Shown: positions 54,466 through 64,000 of the stretch, one piece after another
How positions within the stretch are numbered: the stretch's first letter is position 1
Layout of the letters: each line of letters begins with the position of its first letter
Source of the DNA: Octopus vulgaris
Taxonomy: Eukaryota
Reading direction: 5' to 3'
Assembly: GCA_951406725.2 (NCBI GenBank)
Contig: OX597825.1
Location: forward strand, 21,390,001-21,454,000
Length of the DNA stretch: 64,000 bases
Translations under genes and position numbers: made by a program
The notes under the pieces: generated by a model
Databases searched by the model: none
The model's input: only the letters and a program-made list of their open reading frames with translations
What the model was told of the DNA's origin: nothing

Positions 54466-54873
54466 TATATATACTATGTATCAATTTATGAGTCTCTCGT
54501 TAGGAGTGGCTGTGTAGTAAAAAGCTTGCTTCCCAACCACATGGTTCTCAACCACGTGGTTGCTTCCCAATCCCATGGGTTCAATCCCATTGCATAGTTT
54601 TGTGAGTGGATTTGGAAACTGAAAGAAGCCCGTCATATGTATATATATATATATATATTGATAGTAATTGTAAGACAACGAAAGAATGAAAGAGACCTCG
54701 ATATTACGTAAATAGAGGAATGTATCCGTAAATATAATATGTGACAAATTATTCGGTAGCCATTTCGGTTGTCGGAGCGGAAATCTGCACCGGCATCTCT
54801 TCAGTTATCGGGCCATCAAAAAATGCTATGAACATAGTTTTATCATGGCTACCGAATAATTGTCACACACACA

Positions 54874-54927
<54 letters not shown>

Positions 54928-55194
54928 AATATTTCAATAGGGAGCAAATAATTTAGGAGAAAATATTTGCGAAGATATCATTGACTCTATTATTATCTAA
55001 TGTAACAACTTAAAAATGATAACAACAGAATCAATAGTATAGGCGATTGCAGGCTCAAAAGAAACTGAAGGATTAAAATTAATCAAAGTACATACTAAAT
55101 ATGTCTACCTGCTGGAAATAACAGTCAAATCTTTTATTTAAACCGCCAAAATACACTGATAACGAGTACAGAGATCGACCGTCCATCATGGTAA

Positions 55195-55247
55195 CGCGTG
55201 CTGAGGAAGATGAAGCTCTAATGCCGGTACAGAAACCGGTCCACGTG
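55195..55247 (+). ncRNA. Minimal hammerhead motif with canonical core
   Basis: CGCGTG-CTGAGGA-(24 nt)-GAAA-CCGG-TC-CACGTG: 6-bp stem I, GUC triplet; stem II pairs poorly. Confidence 0.6.
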
Positions 55248-55417
55248 AGTCCAAATACTTGAATGTATGCGGAGAGATTGTCTTAGCCCTTTTGCCTTTG
55301 GACGGTTAATTTTTGTAGTTATTATCAGTGTATCTTGGGGATTTGAATACGAGTTTTAAATGTTATTTCCCGCAGATGGACATACTTAGTATGTCCTTTG
55401 ATTAATTTTAGTGCTTC

Positions 55418-55480
<63 letters not shown>

Positions 55481-55658
55481 CAAAATGGGACACGAACGCA
55501 AAACATCCAGACATTTAGGTGATACAAAAATGGGACAGCAAAACATCCAGATAGACGATACAAAGAAAACAAGGACGGGTCATTCGAAGTTTTCTTTCCT
55601 TAGTCGAGTACCAGATTATCTTCGCAATTTCGGCCACACACCGTAATCCCTCGACACA

Positions 55659-55836
55659 CAGTAATCCCTCGAGAATCTGCAAAGTAGAAACAATACTGTA
55701 CATTGTTTTAAAAATCATTTTTATTATTTGTATATATTTATTTTATCATAAATGCAAAACAACACCACAGACGAATCGACATAGGCTTAAATAATAAACC
55801 GCGATAGGTGAACCGCGATATGGCAAGGGATTGCTG
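55659..55836. mobile_element. pogo/Tigger-like MITE
   Basis: CAGTAATCCCTCG ... CAAGGGATTGCTG|TA imperfect TIRs, subterminal AACCGCGATA x2; left TIR is duplicated at 55641. Confidence 0.55.
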
Positions 55837-55846
55837 TATATGTATA

Positions 55847-55941
<95 letters not shown>

Positions 55942-57732
55942 TTATTTGCGTTTGTATGTGTGTGTGTTCTGCAAATTTGTTTATATAACTGAAAATCTCT
56001 GTTTGAGAGTTCGCATTTATGTACATATATGTATGTTTACATTTTCGCGTGTGCATTTTGATCAGTGTATTTTGTGAAAATTTATGTTTAGAAGCTTGTC
56101 TCTCTGTCTCTGTAAATCGGTATTTGTATATGTATATATTTGCATATGTGCGTTCTTATGTTTGAACGAATATATGTGAATATAATAAAAAAATTCGAAT
56201 AATTTGAAAGGGTAACGAAATAAACAAATTTTTAACGGATATTGAGTGGAAAATTCTTGGTTTTAGTTTACCAAACTAAATCCTCTGTTCTAATAAGGCA
56301 CAACACAATAATAACATCTTACCTCACGGTTACAAGTCTGGAGAGGGTAAGGTAGATATCTTGTACTTGGTGTACTGTAATTGTTGTTGTTGTTATAATA
56401 AGTTCGATGATGGGGGATGTTGTTGGTGGTGACTCAGTGGTAGCTGTCGCAGTGATAGTAGGTACGATTACGAAACCACCAGTAAGAGAACTGTAATAAT
56501 CCGAAGAAAAGATGAACAAAAACAAGCAGAAACATCGAGAAAGTCTTATCTCTTGTTATCATCAGCTGGTAACCATACTCCTATTTTATGGTCCAGCATC
56601 GGTAGGGGTCTATTGTTGTTGGCAATCCCAGAAAAATATTTGATAATATCATTTATCAAGATTCAACAAGAATTCGGTTGTTTAAAAGGAAACAAAACAA
56701 AACACCAAAGAAAACAAGAATAAATGCAAGACATTTTAAATAAAAAGAAAATACAATAATATTATAAGTAAAAGTAACATAAGCTCTCAATACATCTGGT
56801 TGTTTATATTTGAAATGTCCTGGGGAGAATGCGAAAAAATACACCAAAGAGCCAAAAGTTGGGCTAAAGAAATGGCCGTCGTTGAGTCGTGTCTATCTTT
56901 TAACGGAGTTGTTGGATGGTTGGAACGTAAAGGGCTGGATGACATTTCTTGCGTTTGTTAAGTACTTAAGACGCGGTATTATTTTATTGAGTTCAAATCC
57001 GGCTGTGGTCTCCTGTGTCTTCTGCATTTGTGTGTAAGTATGTGTGTGTGTGTGTGGGGGGGTTGTCCATGAATCGATTATCCTCCTCCTCCTCTTCCTC
57101 AATTATTTGGTCCTTTCTGCCAATTCAGAAATTATATTTGGTCTAAAAAATATAAAATGTTATACACGGATATTTGTAACTCCATAATAAAGGGTTAAAA
57201 AAAAAAAAGGAGGCACTGGGTGATTTCGCAATACATATCCGCGGTTTACAGGGTGGTTACTTAAATCGTTCTGGTAAAAGAAGCCCACTGGTATGGTTCT
57301 GTAGAACCTTATCAGTAGAATCGTTTCATATTTGTTTTGTCTGAAATTTCTGTTTATAAAATGTTTCTATTGTTATATAACTTTGATACTCTTCAGCGGG
57401 TTTTTGCTTTAAATTTTTTCTAGAGCCCAGAGACCGAGATCACAACACCTCCCCTGAATGCGATGCCAGGTAGTTATAGGGCTCGAGGCCAGTAAATTTG
57501 ATGGGATTAGGATAGGCCAATCACATAGAGCCTGGATTACATTCAATACTACTTTATTTTATCGACCACGAAGGAACGAAATTAAATGCCGATCTCGATG
57601 GAATTTGAATTTAGAACGTAAAGAGCACGTAAAAGTGACGCTGAGCATTTCTGTCCGACGTGCTAACAATCCCGCCAAACCACCACCTTAACCTTTATCA
57701 CTAATCCATTAATGATATATTCTATATGTTTA

Positions 57733-58128
57733 AGGCAGCGAGCTTGCAGAAACGTTAGCACGCCAGGCGAAATGCTTAGCGGTATTTCGTCTGCCGTTAC
57801 GTTCTGAGTTCAAATTCCGCCGAGGTCGACATTGCTTTTCAGCTTTTCGGGGTCGATTAAATAAGTACCAGTTACGCACTAGGGCCGATATAATCGACTT
57901 AATCCGTTTGTCTGTCCTTGTTTGTCCTCTCTGTGTTTAGCCCCTTGTGGGTAGTAAAGAAATAAGTATTTCGTCTGCTGCTACGTTCTGAGTTCAAATT
58001 CCGCCGAGGTCGACTTTGCCTTTCATCCTTTCTGGGTCGATAAATTAAGTACCAGTTGCGTACTGGGGTCGATCTAATCGATGGGCCTCTTCCCCCAAAA
58101 TTTCGGGCCTTGTGCCTAGAGTAAAAAA
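57733..58128 (+). mobile_element. SINE family B dimer
   Basis: Head plus two cores. Confidence 0.88.
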
Positions 58129-58569
58129 GATATATATATATATATATATAATACAAGGTGTGTAGTATTATATACGTACAATAGTAGAAAGCCTGTCATG
58201 TCTACAGGAGAAGTGGGTTCCGGTCCCCTCGTCAGCCTTCGACTTTTTCTACATGCTGTTATTTATAGCTTTATGTGATGTGCCTCGAGAGCCGCTATTC
58301 CAAAAAATAATTCTTTCATGTTCTCTCGAAAGTTTATGACGTCAACAATGTGTATGTAATTATGTTGATTAAACGACTGATCGCAGAAACCGACGTGGGA
58401 CCGTTTACTTTGCGTGCGTTATGAGAGAATGAATATGTATGAAGGTGACAAGTTCACGGGTGTATGTGTTAATGAATATGTTAAAGAAAATTAGGGTAGA
58501 GATAATATAGATGTGTGTGAGTCAGAGAGGCTTTGCGGGTGGATGATAAAGTACGTGGGAGAATGAGAG

Positions 58570-59052
58570 ACAGACGGATGGACGGACGGACGGACTGACT
58601 GACGGATGGACTAACGGACAGCCTAACGGACGGATTGACTGACGGAGGGACGGACGGATAGAAGAACGGACGAGTGGACGGACGGACGGACGGACTTTGC
58701 CTTTCATCCTTTCGGGGTCGATAAATTAAGTACCAGTTACGCACTGGGGTCGATATATAAGACTTAATCCGTTTGTCTGTCCTTGTTTGTCTTCTCTGTG
58801 TTTAGCCCCTTGTGGGTAGTAAATAAATAGGACGGACGGACGGACAGACAAACAATGCATATGTGCATATATGTGTACCTTTTTTTTATATTTCAGTTGT
58901 TTAAGTCATTGGACTACGGTCGTAATTTATCGACCTCGAAAGGACGAAAGGCGAAGTCGACCTCGGTGGAATTTGAACCCAGAACGTAACGGTATAGGAA
59001 ATACGGCTACGCATCTCGCCCGGCGTGCTAACGTTTCGACCAGCTCGTCGCC
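58570..59052. repeat. (GACG)n microsatellite containing a family B fragment (58694-58830), followed by an inverted family B copy (58920-59052)
   Basis: GGAC repeats on both sides of the fragment. Confidence 0.8.
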
Positions 59053-59274
59053 TTATAACGTTGCTTTTATGCAAAAGTTTCGTTAGTCCAAAACGTTGCT
59101 TTTTCAGAAAGCGAAAAAATAGCTCGACCATTCCATAGCAAAACAGTTGTATTTCACTTTGACAATTTTTGGTATCTTGGCATCTGAAGCAGCTGGAGAT
59201 GCTATAGTTTCACCAAATAAATATCGTAAAAAAAAAAAACCACTCGGCCAGTTTAGCATAATAGCAACAATAGC

Positions 59275-59366
<92 letters not shown>

Positions 59367-59367
59367 T

Positions 59368-59485
59368 ATATAGTTTAAATTTACAGAAAACAAAAGATGA
59401 AGACAGGTGAAGGAACAACAAGCAGGTGTATAAATTTAAGGCTCGGAAAGAATGGAAGAGTCTTTGACGTTTCGAGCCTACGCTG
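59368..59485 (-). mobile_element. HHR-bearing repeat family H1, copy 3 (truncated)
   Basis: GAAGACAGGTG...ACGTTTCGAGCCTACGCT next to (TA)n. Confidence 0.6.
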
Positions 59486-59795
59486 CGACAAAAAGAATTA
59501 AGAGGAGGAAAAGGGGAGAGAGAGACAACGAAAAAAGGGAGAGCGATAATAATGTTTAGGGATTAACGGTTCAGTATGAGGAAATATGGAGAAATATGCA
59601 TACGCACATCAAGTATTGAGAGAGCAACGGATCTTCCTGTAATTTCTGTGACGAAGATGGTCCTTTGAATCACTGGAACTGTCAATCTAACGCGTTTTCA
59701 CAGTTACCGTCTATAGCTTGAGTTGATGTATAAGGTACCGTGTGGTAGGATCGAAACGTATACCTAGTGAATTCTAAGAGTACAAATCGTTCGGC

Positions 59796-59856
<61 letters not shown>

Positions 59857-60163
59857 GCACAGACTCTCACTCAACATATGACGTACAATAGACATACAGA
59901 TGTTCTTTTTCTCTTTCTCTCTCTCTTTTCATTCTTTCTCTTCTATTCGTTTAAATACAACGGCTAGTAAGTACAAGCGCGCGCACAAACACGCACAAAC
60001 ACACACACACACCTACATACACACACACACACAAACACACACACACGCTCACATACACTCATTCACTTACTCATTCACACACAAAACCTTTCAGGAATAC
60101 ACACGCGTAGATTCACACACGAAATAATAAATACGCAGATATATACTGAAGAACAGACACCAG

Positions 60164-60236
<73 letters not shown>

Positions 60237-60554
60237 CAACCAGCTGTACATACATATGTAGATAATCAAAAATACATAGACAAATCCACGTCACACATAG
60301 TTGTAAAGACCACACACAAACAGACGTCGTCATACATGGTAAGATGAATCTCAGTGTTCAGTTAGCTCACAAGAGCAGCGGGCGCAGGCATAGCTTTCTG
60401 GTTAAGAACCTCGCCTTGTAACCGTATGACCTCCGGTTCAGTTCCACTGTAGGGTACCTTGGTCAAATGTCTTCTGTCATAAACTCGGGCCGATCAATGC
60501 TTTGTGATCAGTCTTGTAGATAGAAACTGAGTCATATATATATATATATATACA

Positions 60555-60621
<67 letters not shown>

Positions 60622-61430
60622 TATATATATACATACATATATATATAGGTATGTATGTATGTATGTTTGTATATATATATATGTATTTTATATATCCAGG
60701 CCTATTCCCCATTTTTTAGGAGGGAGTACCCACAAGACACACACCAGGCATTCCATTCATTTCCCAGCTAAAAGAGGCGAGCCCCGGTCTATGCTCGAAA
60801 AACGTAATTCCAAAGAGAATGGAAACAACAATTATTTACGTTTAATCCCAAACCCCAGTTTCCCTATCAATGAACAAATAATTTGTCATCATCTGTACTT
60901 CATCAGGGGGATCGCCTAAGACAAGGCATAAATATATAATTTTCACGGTATATATATACATATATATATATAGAAATATACCAAATGCAAGCACATGAAC
61001 AAGTTTCATTTCTCGAACTGGAAGACACAAACCGCTGCAGTTTGAGTAGTTCTCACAAATGTTCTGTTATACCATTCTGTCCCAGCTAGATTAATTATGA
61101 TTTCTTCAAAGAGGACAATAATCTTCGTTTCCTTATTTTCCTTTACTTCTGGTTTCACTTTATGCATGAATCTTCTTCGCATTTTCTTTGCTTTTCTTCC
61201 CATTTTTTTCTCATACACCAGCGTCCTGGTTTTTAATTCTTCCTAACGATATTTACTAAGTCCGAAATATAGCTCGGAGATACAAGTATTCTGATACAGA
61301 TCTGCTGATTCATTGAATCTCAAAAGCATAAAACCATTAGTAGCTCTTTTGACAATTATGTATATTAAATGATATTTATCTTTCACTAGATGGAATACTT
61401 TTTTGTAGATCCTGCCAATAACGAAGCTGT

Positions 61431-61466
<36 letters not shown>

Positions 61467-61592
61467 GTATATAATTATATATATAAACGTATATATATAT
61501 ATTTATATATATATATACACATATATAAATTTATATAAATACATATATATATTAAAAATGTTTATATATATGAGTATATACATATATATAAT

Positions 61593-61636
<44 letters not shown>

Positions 61637-61685
61637 GATACAATATATATATAATACATATATAATATATGTATGCACAACTGTG

Positions 61686-61759
<74 letters not shown>

Positions 61760-62220
61760 TAGATAGATAGAAAGATAGATACACATAAATGTATACATGG
61801 ACGTATATATGTATATATAATATATGAATGTATATATATGTATATATATATGATTGTGTATATATATATATATATATATATACATATATATGTATATATA
61901 CATGCATGTATATATTATACAGATACACACACGCACGCACACACACACACACACACATACTCACTCACACACAGACAACCACACACATTTAGGATATTAG
62001 TTCTCGAAGCTCAGAACATATAGCGATAAAAAAATATTTACATGCTATTATTTGTAGCTGTATGTTTTGAGCTTCGAGGACCACTATTCCTACAGAGAAA
62101 TGTTTTACGTTCTGTCGAAATTTTAGAAAATTCTTATGACGTCAATATTATGCATGTATGTATGTGTGAATGTATGTGCATGTGTATGTGTGTATTTATG
62201 TGCGTATGCATGTATGTTTA

Positions 62221-62619
62221 CTGGCTGTGTGGTAAGTAGCTTGCTTACCAACCACATGGTTCCGGGTTCAGTCCCACTGCGTGGCACCTTGGGCAAGTGT
62301 CTTCTACTATAGCCTCGGGCCGATCAAAGCCTTGTGAGTGGATTTGGTAGACGGAAACTGAAAGAAGCCCGTCGTATATATGTATATATATTTGTATGTG
62401 TGTGTATATGTTTGTGTGTCTGTTTGTCCCCCTAGCATTGCTTGACAACCGATGCCGGTGTGTTTATATCCCCGTCACTTAGCGGTTCGGCAAAAGCGAC
62501 CGATAGAATAAGTACTGGGCTTACAAAGAATAAGTCCCGGGTCGAGTTGCTCGACTAAAGGCGGTGCTCCAGCATGGCCGCAGTCAACTGACTGAAACAA
62601 GTAAAGGAGTAAAAGAGTA
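62221..62619 (+). mobile_element. SINE family A
   Basis: Colinear with 13364-13789. Confidence 0.9.
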
Positions 62620-62621
62620 TA

Positions 62622-62652
<31 letters not shown>

Positions 62653-63132
62653 CTGCTTGCATGTATGTATATATGTATGTATGTATATATGCATATATGT
62701 GTGTGTATATGTATGCAAGCATGCTTTTCGTGTGTCTATGTGTATGTGTGTGTGCGTGCGTGTGTGTGTGTATGCGTATGCAAGGTCAGATTAAGCATGC
62801 TAATTAAGACCTCTGTACATTTGAAATGAACAAAAGACCGCAGAGAAAAATACACAAGAGATTAATGCATTATTTATAATATAATTAACATTATTTATAA
62901 TCTAATTACGGCAGATATACATAAATAAATAAAACAAACAAAACAACGTTGTAAGTCCTTCAAAATAAATAATACAAAAACAACAACGACGATGACAACA
63001 ACAAAAACACAAAAACACAAAAACAAACAATTCTTGAAATTGTTTAGGATTTCTATTTTTACCATTTTTAATCTGAGTCAACGACATTCTTTCTTTTCCG
63101 TCTCTGCGTGTAGGTGTATCAAAATGAAGATA

Positions 63133-63227
<95 letters not shown>

Positions 63228-63438
63228 TTATTTATATGTCTGCCTGTCTATCTATCTATCCGTCTGTCTGTTTATCTATCCGTCTGTCTGTGTGTCTATC
63301 TTCATACATACACTATACACACGCACACATGCATAATATATGTATGTGATGCGTCACACATACACTTGTATTCAGGTTATATATAACACACACACAGACA
63401 CACACACACAAAACACAGGGACATACATAACTATATAC

Positions 63439-63476
<38 letters not shown>

Positions 63477-63547
63477 ACGTCTATCTCTCTATTATCTATC
63501 TACGCATAGATATACATATATAGGCATATATACATACATACAGGTGT

Positions 63548-63606
<59 letters not shown>

Positions 63607-63621
63607 CATACATATGTATAC

Positions 63622-63663
<42 letters not shown>

Positions 63664-64000
63664 ATATATATGTATATGTGTACATGCATACACACACACA
63701 CACACACACACATACGCTCGCGTGCGCACATATGTACCTGAAATTTTGGTGTATCTGTTTGTTTATTCTTTATTGTCGGGCTGCAGACATTTCTCACCGT
63801 CCTTTATTTAAACTAGTAAAGAAAGTTAAATATAGATAAATTGAATGATGTTACAAATAAAACGGTACGTGCATAAATACACAGAAGCGTACATAAATAA
63901 ACGTTATGAGTACAGAGGCTAGTTTTAAAACATACATAGCTATACAGGTACAATGTTTCACGCAGGTATATAAACGTACATGTATAGAAATCATTCGCCG

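Noticed and set aside
59652-59765. GAAGATGGTCCT...AGGATCGAAACGTA HHR-like remnant (similar weak cases at about 31073-31105 and 58240-58255)
   Set aside because: Core or stem I is missing, so it is not supportable.
60845-60913. CTGATGA...GAAAC on minus
   Set aside because: Stem II and stem III do not pair convincingly; at best heavily decayed.
61006-61218. 70-aa basic ORF
   Set aside because: No recognisable domain or splice signals.

Overview
AT-rich, microsatellite-saturated eukaryotic genomic DNA. The SINE families resemble octopus (coleoid cephalopod) repeats; this is recognition from memory, not a database result. Almost all ORF-track entries are translations of (TA)n/(CA)n/(TATG)n/(TATC)n or of SINEs. 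One convincing host coding exon is present (14033-14133, +), encoding the first half of a chordin-type VWC domain, so much of the window is probably intron. The rest is mobile-element debris: four tRNA-SINE-like families, RLE-type, RTE-like and ORF1-type LINE relics, Tc1/mariner derivatives, and a Penelope-like GIY-YIG 3' end. The most striking signal is about 10 minimal hammerhead-ribozyme (HHR) motifs from several apparently unrelated short elements, mostly next to (TA)n/(TAA)n. They have palindromic stem III (dimer-type HHRs of Penelope-like elements) and show compensatory variation of the core 3-8 pair (C-G, U-A, G-C). Also present are several fold-back hairpins abutting microsatellites and a 43-bp minisatellite amplified from GIY-YIG coding sequence. 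All folds and translations were done by eye.
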